Shown: positions 12,068 through 24,210 of the stretch, in pieces
How positions within the stretch are numbered: position 1 is the first letter of the stretch
How the letters are laid out: each line of letters begins with the position of its first letter
DNA from: Guillardia theta CCMP2712
Lineage: Eukaryota; Protista; Cryptophyta
Direction of reading: 5' to 3'
Assembly (NCBI RefSeq): GCF_000315625.1
Contig: NW_005434658.1
Location: 649,139 to 713,138 of the forward strand
Length of the DNA: 64,000 bases
Notes under the pieces: generated by a model
Databases searched by the model: none
What the model was told of the DNA's origin: nothing
Seen by the model: the letters and a program-made list of their open reading frames with translations, nothing else
Program-made: the position numbers and the translations under genes

Positions 12068-14250
12068 ATGGCGGATAATCCAATGTACAAGGTATTTTAC
12101 CTTGGACGACGCTCCCGACCCATCTCTGATATTGTTTTGCTCGCCTCAGGCCATCTTGAAATGGTCTCTATCGCAGGCAATCACTTTTCTGCTCCACATT
12201 GTCCTCCTTACTCTTGTCGTCAGACGGACGGGATATCATCTACCGAGGTCTCGGAGATGGACAAAGAGGTACGACCGGTCTCGCCTGCTGCTCTCCTGCT
12301 CTGACGTTGCTGCCCACCCTCCCCCCCACCTCGCACAGAAACGGGAGTTTCTCGACAAGGTGTCCGTCAACGGCTACGAGGCCTTATCGCTAAGCTCTCC
12401 CGTAGGTGATGTCTTCGATGGTGGAGGACGAGTCCAAGGTCTGACGCTGAAGACGGGTGGAGCCTTACGAGCTAACGAGCGGAGCAGACCATGAAAGAGC
12501 TCGTTGCCGCACTGTCAGACCCTGAGGACACGATCGAGCAAGTGAGGGCGAAGGAGACTGTAAGAAACCTAGAGGGGGAGAGGGGGGGCGGCTGACGGCT
12601 CTGCTAAGGCGCTAGAGGAGCTGGTGGACAGATGCGACAAGATCGACTATGCTGTAGCCTTGCACTCGTTCGCCAACGGTTTGTTTCCTACGGTACCTCG
12701 CCCTGCCCCTCATCCTGTCGTGACTGGCTCGCTCTAGATCGACCTCCTAGGGAGCTCGAAGCACGGGAGCATCCGCAGCCTTGCGGCGGAGCTGGTGGCC
12801 CTCTGCGTGAAGGACAACCCGCCGTGAGCGACGTGAGGGAGGAGAAGGCAGGGAGGATGACGAGGACGCAGATGTCAGGCCTGGGCGTTCGAGAGGGACG
12901 CTCTGAAGCTGCTGCTGGACCTGCACTCGGGGAGGGTTGGGGGGGAAGACGACGCTGTGGGGTGAGGGAGGGGAGGAGAGGGAGAGGGAGAGTTGAGCTG
13001 GAGACTCAGGGAGACTGAGCGGGTGAAGGCTATCTCTGCCATCTCAGCGCTGATTCAACACAATGATGATGCAATCAAGGCGTTTCTATGGGTGAGTAGA
13101 GCAGTGTTCGCTCGCTCTTGTTCTTACTCGTGCACTTGCCCTTGCTTCTCTTGCTCTTGCTGTTGCTCCTCTCGCTCTCATACTTGCTTCTTTTGCTGAT
13201 GCTCCATCAGGCTGGAGGTCTCGACAACATGAGACAGGATCTCCACATGCAAGTGGGCGCACGACTCAGGGTAGGAAGAGGAGGAGGAGGAGGAGGAAGG
13301 AGGAGAAGGAGGAGGAGGAGGAGGAGGAGGAGGAGGAGGAGGAGGAGGAGGGAGGAGGAGGAGGAGGAGGAGGAGGAGGAGGGAGGAGGAGGAGGAGGAG
13401 GAGGAGGAGGAGGGAGGAGGAGGAGGAGGAGGAGGNNNNNNNNNNNNNNNNNNNNNNNNNNNNNNNNNNNNNNNNNNNNNNNNNNNNNNNNNNNNNNNNN
13501 NNNNNNNNNNNNNNNNNNNNNNNNNNNNNNNNNNNAAACAATTTAAAATTACTAGAGAAAAAATGCAACACTATATCCGCCTCTTTAATAGTAATTTTTA
13601 GACCCCCCCTAAAACACTCCCACTCTTCTTACTTGTGGACGCGGTGAATGGTGGAGGAGGAGGAGGAGGAGATGTTTAAATGATTTGTGCAGGGGAGAGC
13701 ATGCTTTGTGCTTCAATGGTTGTTCGAGAGTTCGAAAGAAGCATGCAAGCAGGCGGTCGACAAGAGATTTGCTCCGCTTCTCTTTGCCATTCTCCTCGAA
13801 TCGGAAGAAATTGGTATGCAGGAGCAGGAAGGGAATCGAAAGGCGGGAAGAGGAGTGGTGGAGGTGAAGGTGGTGGTGGTGAGGGGGGGGGATGGAGGAG
13901 TATGAAAAATAGGAGGGAGAAGGGGAAGGGCGGGTGATGGGGATTTCTACTGATGAGGATGATTTTGGTGTTGGGAATGGAAGAGGAGGAGGCAACTGAC
14001 GAGCACTTTTGCCTTCAGAGTATGCGGGGCGAGCGCTGCGAAGTCTGGTGAAATGCGACTCAACAAGTTGCGCCGAGCAGATCAGGGTAGAGGAAGGAGA
14101 GTGGAGGGCCAGGTTGAACAGGAGGTGAGGAGATACAGGTGATGTCTTTCACTGACCCTCTTGATGCTGCCCAGGTTGGAAAGTCTTTCATCCAGCGAGA
14201 GCGAGGACGAGAGGCAGATCGTCGAGGAGCTGGTGCGATTGTTGTCATGA
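12068..14250 (+). CDS. FES1: Hsp70 nucleotide-exchange factor Fes1/HspBP1 (ARM repeat); spans an N gap
   Basis: AILKWSL, KREFLDK, ALEELVDRCDKIDYA, AAELVALCVKDNP, RVKAISAISALIQHN; stop TGA 14248-14250. Confidence 0.8.
13276..13535. repeat. (GGA)n microsatellite running into an assembly gap (N 13436-13535)
   Basis: Seen directly. Confidence 0.95.
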
Positions 14251-14358
14251 CAGCAGCCGGAGGAGAAGACCGGGTCAAGTTGAAGTAAAAGTGTATCACA
14301 AGAGCTTCTCTCCTCTCCTACTGCTGCTGCCGCCGCCGCCGCGTCTCTTTCCCATTCA

Positions 14359-17300
14359 TCAGTTCTGCTGAGGATCCGCGTTGAAGAGATATTCCGCAAG
14401 GTAGTCGATGGGATCTTCAGGTCGGACCTGCGGAGCTCTAATGTCACGAAGAGCAAGAGGAGGAGGGAAAAGATGAAAGATGGAGAGGGAGGAAGAGGAA
14501 AAAAAAGGGGAGGGGAAGGGGGAGGGAACAAGAAGGAAAGGGAGAGGGGAAGGGGGAGGGGGAGGGGGAGGGGGAGGAAGAGGGGAGAGTGGGGGAGGGG
14601 GAGGAAGGAGGAAGCAAATCAACGGAGAAGGGCAAGACAAGAAGACAGAGGGGATGGAGACCTTGGCAACTTCTTGGAGGCCCCTTGTGAGGGTGGGCAG
14701 GACATTCTCTATCAGATATTTCCTCATGGGCAGCGACCTCAAGTGGAGCGCTTCTCGCTCCTCCTCCTGCGCTCTTGTCAATCCTTCCCCTCCTCCTTCT
14801 CTCTCCCCCTTCCCTCTCCTCCACTCGCTCTCCGTCCTCCTCTGCCCCCCTCCCTCCGATGCCGACCTGGAGCCTTGCGAGCTTCCTGGCGTCGTTCTGC
14901 TTCTTCATCTCCCTCTCCGTTCGGCTCGCTTCCTCCTCCTCCTGTCGTCTCTTCAGCCACCGCACTCCCTCCTTCGACCCGAGGACCTTTTTCTTCGCCT
15001 CCGCCTCCGCCTGCTTCGCTTGCTCTCCCCTCATCCTCTCCTCCTCTCTCTACGTCGGGTCAGTGAGCATCGGATTCCACCACGTGCCCTCACCTTCCTC
15101 TTGGGTCCCTCCGGATCATAATTCCTCGGATTCCCGATAGACAACCTAATCTGTCCACTTTCATCAGCAGCTTGCCTTCCCTCCCTCCCTCCCTCCCTCC
15201 CTCCCTCCCTCCCTCCTCGTACTCTCCCGCTTCCTACTCGCTCCTCCACCGCACCTTATCTTGGATGAACTGCAGCGGATTATCGCAGACTATGTCGACG
15301 ACTTGCTGGCATCCCTGGGGGCTGTCAAGGATGCGCAGCCAGGGCAGGAGGAGCTGACCTTGTTCCTGTTGCTCTTGTAGACTCCCAAACATCCCTGCTG
15401 TACTCCTTCCTCGTCGACTAGGTTCGCTTCCTTAAACGCCTTCAGCCCCTCCAAGACCTTCTCCTCCGTCTCCCCCTCGGCCTCCGCCTGCGACCGCGTC
15501 AGGCGCAAAAGGAATTGGTTGAGTTTGAGGAAGACGAAGAAATGAGGAGGATGCCCATATGAAGGGGAGAAGCAGGAGGATCGGAGGAGGAAGAGCAGGA
15601 ACACGAGGAGGAGAGAATATGAAATCCTTCAAACCTGTTCCTGCGGCAACTCAGAGATTCTCTTGAGGATGAATTCTTCCTCAGCCACTAGGTGGAAGAC
15701 AGTCTGAGGGAGAGGAGCGAGCGGCGCTCGGGGCTCCTCCCCCGCAGCAGGCTCTCCGCCCTCGTTCTCTGCCACCCCCTCGCCCTCCGGCTCCACCTGT
15801 AGGAGGAGGAGTCGAAGTCAGCACGAAGGAGGAGGAGTCAAAGTCAGCAGGAAGGAGGAGGAGTCGAAGTCAGCAGGAAGGAGGAGGAGTCGAAGTGTGC
15901 AGGAAGGAGGAGGGGTCGAAGTAAGCAGGAAGGAGGAGGGGTCGAAGTCAGCAGGAGCCTCTCACAGCCATGGGTACGCACACGCACCTTGTCCACATCA
16001 AACAGCATCTCAAGCGCCTCCTTGGAGTCCGGGAAGTTCTCGAGCACGTACCCCTGGTTGCGGCATGCGGGGGTCGCAAGCTTCCTCTGCACGGCCTCCA
16101 CGATCAGCTCCAACGGGACCTCCCCATCCTCCTCGATCTCCTTGAGCTTGACCGAGAGGTTCGTCCCTAGCTTCGGGTCCTCCTCGTACGAGGGCTTGTT
16201 CCTGTACTCCTTCACGAGCTCCTTGGTGTCGATCAGGGTCACGTTGTACTCTTGTGCGAAATCCCGGGCAAGGAACAGCTTTCCCTCCTCCGTTGGGTAC
16301 CAGACTGAGGTAGGAGGGCCGTAGAAGAGCACCCGAACAGGCTGCAGCATCCGCCACTCCCGGTATTCATTGACCACCCTTTCGATGTTTGCGACAAAAC
16401 CGGTCCCAGCCACCCACGAGCTGCTCTCCTCGCCGTACCCGATGACTTCACCGTGCTTGAAGGTCATGGACATGTTCAGCTCAAGGAAGACCGAGTTGAT
16501 GTGCGGCTCCTTCTCCTGCGTCATCAGCTCCAGATACTCCTCCTGATCGCACTCCTTTACGTCCCCGAACTGCAGGGCCGAGGAAATGGCGGCCGCCACC
16601 TCCTTCAACGTGCACTCTGCCTTGTCAACAGCGAGCAGGGAGTTGTTGGGAAGGTCCGTCGGACAGGTCAGGGCCACTTCCAGCACCATCCCAGCAAGAT
16701 CCGCAACGTGGATCATGGGGATCTTGTTCGAGCCAGGTTGGATGATGGGCAGAGCCATGTGAGTGCCCAGCCAGGCCCACTTGAACAGAGAGTGGAAGAC
16801 GCTCTCCCCGCACCCATACTGCACTCCCGACCAGACGACGTAGGTCTTGAGCTTGTCCTTCTTGATGTTGCCCTTGTTAATGATCAAGTTCTCAACCGCT
16901 ACCTGCGCCTTGTAGTTGGGGTGCGGGCGTCTGTCCATATGGTCCTCTGCCGTCAGAGCATGTGACATCTTCTCTGCATACGCACTCATAGCAGCCTCGT
17001 CATCAGCTGCTGGGATCTTCACGCTGTTCCCTGCCCAACTCAGCAAGTTCGACACTCCAATCAAAACCTTCTCCGTCTCGTCCTCAGGGTTCTCTGCATA
17101 ATCATACTTGAGGAGGATCTTGAGCGCTGTTGTAGCTTCTTGTGGATCACTGGAGATGTCGTAGACGATGATGTCTGATGAGAGAAGTGCCTTCTTCAGC
17201 GCTGATGGGTCATTCTTATCGATGATGCTATCAGCCCAGCTCACGGAGCTTCTAGGGTTGGTGAGACATCCGCACAGGATCCGCTCATCCCCTTCTGCTG

Positions 17301-17430
17301 CATGCTTCTTGGCATGCTGACCCAGAACCTGTCCAAGGTAGCTATCTAACTGGTAGATGAAGATCTTCTTTCCTCCTCCTGCCCCTGCTCCTCCTCCTCC
17401 ACCAGCACCACCCGCTCCTCCCGCCGGCAT
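14359..17430 (-). CDS. AK7: Adenylate kinase 7-like flagellar protein (Rossmann-like N-terminus, AK domain, Dpy-30 motif)
   Basis: KIFIYQLDSYLG, RRPHPNYK, QYGCGESVFHSLFKWAW, NKIPMIHVADLA, LQPVRVLFYGPP, CRNQGYVLENFP, C-terminal LPMRKYLIENVLPTLTRGL..VRPEDPIDYLAEYLF. Confidence 0.9.
15801..15956 (-). repeat. 26-bp minisatellite (x6) in an AK7 intron
   Basis: Unit AGGAGGAGGAGTCGAAGTCAGCAGGA on + strand, six slightly diverged copies. Confidence 0.9.
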
Positions 17431-18175
17431 TGTCAACGGCTTTTTTCCGTTACCAACCGAACGGTTTTCCTTGTCCAGTTCCCGGGTCTCGGACTCCGAT
17501 TCGGGTGACCGTGCTGACCTCAGTTACAGTGAACGGCGACGCCCGCCGGGGTGCCGCCCGGTGTGACTGCCGGGCCGCCGGCGGCACCGGCCGTCACGAC
17601 CCGGTGGGCCCGCGCCCCCGGTTACTGAAGCCAGCCGCTCCGTCACCGTACGGTACCGGCCTCCGACAGTCACGTCCGGCCGCGGCGGCGCGCCGGGCCG
17701 CACGCCGGGCCACTGCCGGTGGCATCACCGCCTGGCATCAGCCTGGTCGTACAGCCGCGTGACAGCCCACTGCCAGGCCTGAGACCGTGAAAGCAGTTAA
17801 CCCGACCCGACGCTCTACACTGAGTCACGATGGCCCGGCGGCAGCGGCACAGATCACTGATGCCATATCGAATAGTAAACGGAGTGCGACGGTTCAACTC
17901 CGCCGTGACTCTGCGCGGCCGTAATTTGCATGCGGTAATGATTAAATGCTGTATTATATGACAAAATAGATGGAAAGTCATAAACTGTCGCACAAGTTGC
18001 CCCGGGCTGCGATTGAATTCCTTGCCGCTGCCGCGGCGCTCCAGGGAGAATATAAACACACTAAAAATAAACAATGGGAGAGTGAGCCGTATGCCCTTTC
18101 TTATTTACATCGTTGCCAGCTGATCCAAATGTCACAAACCTGGCCTTTGCAGACGCAGGTTTTCACCGTGCTTCA

Positions 18176-18879
18176 CTAATTGGAATGTAAGCTCAGGAGC
18201 GCAGACACCGCATCCTTCAATTCCGTATCTCCACTGGCAGGGCTTGCGCTTCCCTCATTTGAAGATGATGTATGACCGGAGTAGCTCATCTCAGTTGTAC
18301 CATCACTGCCATGATCGCTGCTCTCTGCTGCCTCAAAAGTCGAAGTGCTCATCACTGGCATCGGCGTCCGCATCTCCTTGTACGGCCATTTCATGATCCC
18401 CAACTTTCGACAGACTTTCTTGATCGCTGTCTGACAGATTCCCTGCAGAACAACTCAGCAATCGATCTCTCCGCAGTTCAAATGTTCCTCACCAGCCGTT
18501 TGGCAGCGACATGCAGGGGCATGCCGTAGAACTTCTCAAGCAGATCAAGGGTGAGAACAACCGGACCCCTGCCTCCCCCTGGGCGAGATTGCCCTGCCTT
18601 CCTCCTTGGGAAGAGAGTAATGATATCATCGTTGTTGCTCCCTCCATTCGATGTCGTGATGTCGACAGTCTTCTCGGCTGTAGACATGTGCGGCAGTACC
18701 TCTTGGGATGGCGCGAAAGGTTGTGTCTTGATAGGGGCCAGACATCCGAGGGTCCCCTGAAGTGGAGAATTCAAGTGGGGAAGCTTGAAATGCTGTGGCA
18801 TCTCGGCCTTGAAATTGAGCAGCGATGATGTGAGGATCGGTGGGAGAGTGATGGGGATATGACTTTGTAGGGAAGCCAT
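18176..18879 (-). CDS. RWP-RK domain transcription factor (may extend upstream to ~19000)
   Basis: ITLFPRRKAGQ...LTLDLLEKFYGMPLHVAAKRL|GICQTAIKKVCRKLGIMKWPYKE; intron 18443-18492. Confidence 0.9.
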
Positions 18880-19329
18880 GGATGGTGGAAAAATCTTGTC
18901 GATTGACCAGCAGAACAGAAGGGGCACTTGCCTGTGAAGTGGTCAGCATGATCCATGGAAAGCATTTCAAGGGAAACAAACAAGCACTAAAGAGATTCAT
19001 GAAACACGGCTTTCAATCATACAAGGCGATCGGAAGCTGAGTCATGGCCCTTGCAAATTCTCACAATGGAGGTGAGACACAAGGAAATGAAAGGGCAAGA
19101 AAAGGCAAGAAAGCCGGATCAAATTCATCACGTGGCCTTGCTTTTGCAAGGTGATGTACAGAAGTACTCGTTTCAATAGCTAAAAGATGCTGGGATGTCT
19201 ACGGGTACAAGGTTGAACCTGCACGAGCATGATATGGTGGGTCACATCGCGTGCTTACACATGTGGAGCTGCGTGAACATAGAATTCCCCTCCCTCAATT
19301 CAGAAGAACCCATGGTGCACTCCTACCAC

Positions 19330-21230
19330 TAATTTGGAAGGAGAGGAGAGTGAAGAGGGCACAAGGAGCGATCGCAACAGCGGTCAGTGGAGGATGACGA
19401 GGGAGGGTGCTGGTGGAAGGGAATGGGGGCGGGACGGATGCAACGAGGAGGCCGAGACACTCGAGCCACCTCAGTTGGCGTACAGAAAAAGGGGTAGGGT
19501 GGTGGGAGAAACAGGGGTGGGTAATTTGATATTGGGGGGTAAAGATGTACCATGTGAGGTGGGTTACCTTGAGACACGCAAGGGTGGGTACTATAAAAGT
19601 ATTTAGGGTGGAGTAAAAAGGAGAAGCAGGGGAGGGGTGGAGGGGAGGGAGGGTAACCCCACGTGATCCGAGGGTGAGAAGATCATCTCCAGGGGTAGGG
19701 TCTTTACCCCTCTACTTTACCATGGAAAAATATACCCCACCCCATCCCCTCCCCGGAGCCTGGCTCATCACCCCCGACTGACCCACTATTTAGCTGGGTA
19801 ACCCCTCCTGGATGTACCACTACCGGTCTGAAGATAGCATCTATCGTGTGTTTCAGGGGTGCTCCTTTGACCCTCACCTATCCTAAAATGTACCCCACCA
19901 CCATGCTTACTACCGCACTGTGTGAATACCCCGGCCTCAAGAACCATCCAGTATCCCATGCGTTCAGGGTTCATCGCGGAACACCAGTGACGATGAGCTG
20001 TCCTCACTTCTTGGGGTAGCTCGAACAGATAGGGTGGGTCTTAGGGCATGCTCATGGGGTGGGTGGTAGAATGGGGGTGATATGGGATGCAGAATCCGCC
20101 AACAAGGAGGAACATGTAGGATGGTCCTATGAGGGTCTTACGATGAATAGGACAAATTTAGAGGACATTGGACCCAGGGGTCCTTTGGGCTACAGTCCTA
20201 TTGGTAGTTTGGGCTTAAGGATACGTGTGGGTGGGGTATAGCAGGTACGTGTTCATTTAACACGTTTGAGGGGGTGTATACCCTTCAAAGAAGTTGACTT
20301 TGAGGGGTGGGTCATAGCTAATGCCATGGAGTGGTAGGGTAGGGCGATTCCACCCCACCCGGGTCGTATTCCAAGATTAGACAGTGTGTAGTAAAAGCAT
20401 GGGGGATGAACACCCCTCGTTTGGAGTGAGAAAATAGGGTGATGGAATTGTAGATACCTCCGAAGATCATCATGTGGTGGGGTGCACTTGGAGCAAGGGG
20501 TGATCGATGGGGAAATGTACGGTACTGGGATGTCATGTCGTTCCTGAAACTGATGGTGGGTCATCTTACAAGGAAGCGGCAGTGTGGCTGCAGGGGTCTC
20601 ATGCCAACAAGAGGGGGTGTATTGCAAGAGGGGTAGGGTACTCAAAGTGTTGGGATTGGGAAGGTGGAATGAATGGGGTGGGGTGTGATGCTGGAAGTGG
20701 TCAAATTGGTATCGGACGGGTAGTGCTCCTTTCTGATCCCTTTGCTCGAATTCTTGAACGGTTTGACATGGGTAGTAGACTCTTCAAGGGGACATTTTCA
20801 GATCAAACTCTATGGTAAAAAGGGGGTATTTGAAGAGAACCTTGAGTTGAGGTGGGTGGGGTACCTTCGTAGTGACACTTCTTCCTGTGGGTGGTATGCA
20901 CAGAGGGGGACCGCGTGAAGAAACTCCTCCAGTAGGGGGTGAGGTATTCACCAGGATGTCCTTGAGAAGGCTGTGTAGGGGTGGGTACACTAAGAGTAGG
21001 GTGAAGGATTCACAGAGTGGTGGGGGGTAAGGGTGCGTCTGGGGCGTAGGAATGGGGGCGATCTGTACTTGCTTTGAAAAACATTAGGAACGACATGGTG
21101 GTCTCACAGCGTTCTGGAGATTGTACTGCAGAAGGTGGGTGAACAAGCCAGAAAATAAGGGTGGGGGTCTTTAAGCACCGGGTACTGAAGGAGGGACGGT
21201 TGCACAAATGTTTTTACATAAAAACTAATT
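19330..21230. other. Non-coding GGGGT/ACCCC- and GTAC-rich strand-skewed domain
   Basis: No credible ORF or splice pattern; dense GGGGT, GGGTAG and GGTAC words; similar patches at ~6360-6810, ~30180-30930, ~48460-48730 and ~53420-53470. Confidence 0.55.
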
Positions 21231-21396
21231 TTAAACTGGAGGCGAGGAGTTCCTGCCACTACCGGTAGTTTTATCTGAAAGAAGATGGGTAGGCATCTTT
21301 ATGTGTGCTACAGGGGTGTCTCGGCAGCTTCGGGGGAAAACTGGCAACTTTGGACGCGCCGGGCCCGCCAGTAACTCCGACGACCGGGAAAACCAT

Positions 21397-21435
21397 ATTT
21401 TCCTCGTACTGATTTTTAACTTAACTTTGAGTAAA
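21397..21435 (+). repeat. Dispersed conserved element TCCTCGTACTGATTTTTAACTTAACTTTGAGTAAA, copy 1
   Basis: 21401-21435 is the exact reverse complement of 30971-31005. Confidence 0.9.
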
Positions 21436-21493
21436 AAAAGGACCATCCGTGAAGTTTGTGGATTTTTTTGGCGGGTAGTCGGGAATTTGTGCC

Positions 21494-22494
21494 ATGCAGG
21501 CAGTGACGGCAGCACAAGATCACTTACGAGCGCTGCATGGCAGACTAAGGGAGCTCATCGCGAAAGGTGGAGAACTCAGAGACAAGCAACGAGCTTGCTC
21601 CAAAGAATTTGATGTCTTGGACAATATACAAAGTTCTGATTTGAAACAACTTGCCGACAGCGAGGTTTCGTGCGTCACTGTTGACCACGACTCCTGCGTG
21701 CAGGCCCGAAAGTTGGAAACCATGAAATCTCGGCTGAAACATTTAGAGCAAATAGCGAATCAATTGTCTGTAGAAGATGCTAAAAGAAGGTATCAGTTAC
21801 AGTTGTAGGATTATTTGGGGTTGAGTTTTATGGTCCAAAGAGCAGAATTTGGTAAATACAAGGATTCCTTGCTTTCTTTACCGGATTCCTACTATACCCA
21901 GGATATGCTGGTAACAATCTTAACTGGAATTTTAAGAATGAGTGATGATGGATTAAAGGATGCCAGGAAAGAATTGTTCGAGGTTGAGTGCCTTCTCCAT
22001 GATGCCGAGAGTCTCAAGAAAGTTCATTCGCAAATTAGCTCCAGAATCAACGCTCTTCTCTTAGAAAACTCTGACCTTGCAGTGTCACTATGTACTGTTG
22101 AAGGCGAAATCAAGAACCTCGAGAACGTCATCAAGAAAGAAGAAGCAAAACTGGATTGGCTGACTTTTGACAGGAATGAAATCGTTCAAGGGTAAAAACA
22201 TGCTGTTCGCTCTTTGGCTTTTTGGCTGACATTGACATCATATTATGCCTTTGAAGCAAGAGAGAAGAATGCGACAATAACTTAGCAGGTTCTCTCGTCA
22301 AACTTTGCGGCGACGATACTAATTTCTTGTCTTTTTCTTTGGTGTATGTGTGTGTGTGTGGTGTTTTAGAGCTTGCATTTCTGGGCAATCTAATCTGTGA
22401 ACGTGAACTTCAATTGAAGACGGCGAAAACGAAAGAGGCCGCACTTGTGGAGGAAAACAAGAAACTCAAAGGATTGATGCATCGCTCGATTTGA
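21494..22494 (+). CDS. Hypothetical coiled-coil protein (spliced)
   Basis: ORFs 21494-21808 and 21815-22195 join across short introns; heptad-rich; ends LKGLMHRSI*. Confidence 0.6.
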
Positions 22495-22579
22495 GCCAAG
22501 CATTTGCATCGCACAAACGAATTCGTTCAAATGACGAAAACCATGCTCTTGTTGTTTTCAAAAGAATAACAATAAATGC

Positions 22580-23515
22580 CTAACTTGGATAAGGCGGGAT
22601 GCTTTCATCACCCATCACTCTTGATTCTTCTCGATCTAAGTATGCAGGGATGAATACCTCGTGATAGAACCGTTCTAGTCCAGGATACAGTTGCGATTCC
22701 CAGTATTCCTTGTTGAAGGCGACACGCTGAATTGAGAACTCGTCTGGAGTCCAAACACAGAAATCTGTCCAGGGCACCGACAGAACTCCCATTATGCCCT
22801 GTATTTGATCCATGTAGTAAGAGGGGATCTCAGGATACAGCTTTCTTTTGAACGGGCATTTGATCTCCAGGATAGCCGTGACGCCGTTCTCTCGCACATG
22901 ACCATCAGGACTGACGGCAAGCCAATGCTTTGTCTCATGGGGATTTAGCCCCGAGTGGCTCACAGAAAAATCCACGTCGTCCTCATTTCCCCCGGTACAC
23001 AAGAGTTGTTTCTTTGCTAGGATGTACTCGTGGCACGCAACTTGCTCGTGCGCGTTTCCCCATCTCGTCGCTTCATTACCTTCGAAAGTTCCGTAGAGCA
23101 TCTCATGCGCCAGTTGTAGAGGGGACTTGAACTTGTTATGCCCCACTGCTGCTCCAAAGTTTGATCCAGTCAATCTGTTCCTTCTCGCCTCCAGCCATTC
23201 CTCACTGCCCTGCTCAAGATTCGCCATTCTAGCTCTGTCTTCGGGAGCAAGATACAAGGATTGAAAAAGCTGTTCAAGTGCCTTTTTACGAAATTCAATC
23301 TGATCAAATGTGTGGCATGAAAGTCGCCTATAGACGGAGGGCACCATTGAGTCGTTGCAAACGGGAAACACTCTCTTATTGGAATTCCCTATTCGAGCTC
23401 TTTGCAGACTCAAACTTGATTTTTCTATTGTCGTTGCTGCAAAGACACGCTCTTCGCATAGACTTAATCCGCATGCAAGTACGAGGCACAGCAGGCTTTT
23501 CTGCCTCTTTGACAT
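22580..23515 (-). CDS. YqaJ-like viral recombinase / lambda-exonuclease family PD-(D/E)xK nuclease
   Basis: QGSEEWLEARRNRLTGSNF, ATRWGNAHE, WLAVSPDG, LEIKCP, YYMDQIQGIM, TDFCVWTP in one uninterrupted 311-aa ORF. Confidence 0.9.
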   Translation of the reverse strand: MSKRQKSLLCLVLACGLSLCEERVFAATTIEKSSLSLQRARIGNSNKRVFPVCNDSMVPSVYRRLSCHTFDQIEFRKKALEQLFQSLYLAPEDRARMANLEQGSEEWLEARRNRLTGSNFGAAVGHNKFKSPLQLAHEMLYGTFEGNEATRWGNAHEQVACHEYILAKKQLLCTGGNEDDVDFSVSHSGLNPHETKHWLAVSPDGHVRENGVTAILEIKCPFKRKLYPEIPSYYMDQIQGIMGVLSVPWTDFCVWTPDEFSIQRVAFNKEYWESQLYPGLERFYHEVFIPAYLDREESRVMGDESIPPYPS

Positions 23516-23852
23516 GCTTGCAAGATGCAGGGTGTCTATGTAAAGATGTCAAGATCGCACAGAGAGCTATAGATCGGCATTCATGTTCTTGGTTCTGCCA
23601 TACTGGCTAGTTCATAAGGCCTGTCATGCCGCACTCGGAGGCTCCGCCCTAAGGGCATGGCGGGAGAGGAGTGGCGCTCGCCCCAGTTCAAGCCTGCCTC
23701 AAAATCAACAGGCCCGCCTCAATACTATGACTGAGCCCGCCTCCGCCTGCTGTTCTAGGCGGGCCCACCTCAGACTTCTTCTCCCGATGCCGGCGGCCAG
23801 GGTTACTGAGGGCCCGGGCCGACCCCTTCAAAAACGTCACCCCCCCCCCCCC

Positions 23853-23952
23853 NNNNNNNNNNNNNNNNNNNNNNNNNNNNNNNNNNNNNNNNNNNNNNNN
23901 NNNNNNNNNNNNNNNNNNNNNNNNNNNNNNNNNNNNNNNNNNNNNNNNNNNN
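23853..23952. other. Assembly gap (100 N) flanked by poly-C
   Basis: Seen directly. Confidence 1.
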
Positions 23953-24210
23953 AAGGAGGCCCCCCCCCCCCCCCAACCCAACCCCACCCCTAAATTATTC
24001 AACGGTACCCCAAACTTCATCCGAACGGTTGAAGTACCCCTCCACTCCCCTCAGTTCGGTGAGAGGCAACTAGTACACTGCCAGTCCTTGACGGTCCGAC
24101 TGGGCAACCGGTGACCCACCCCGTCATGTTTCAGTACCCGAGAGATTTCTACTACCCCACCCCCTCCACCGGCCTCAAGGACCTTCTGACGCCCGGGCAC
24201 ATCAACCGCC

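Noticed and set aside
22580-23515. Endogenous virus or prophage around the YqaJ gene
   Set aside because: No capsid, polymerase, ATPase or integrase genes nearby; neighbours are intron-rich host-like genes
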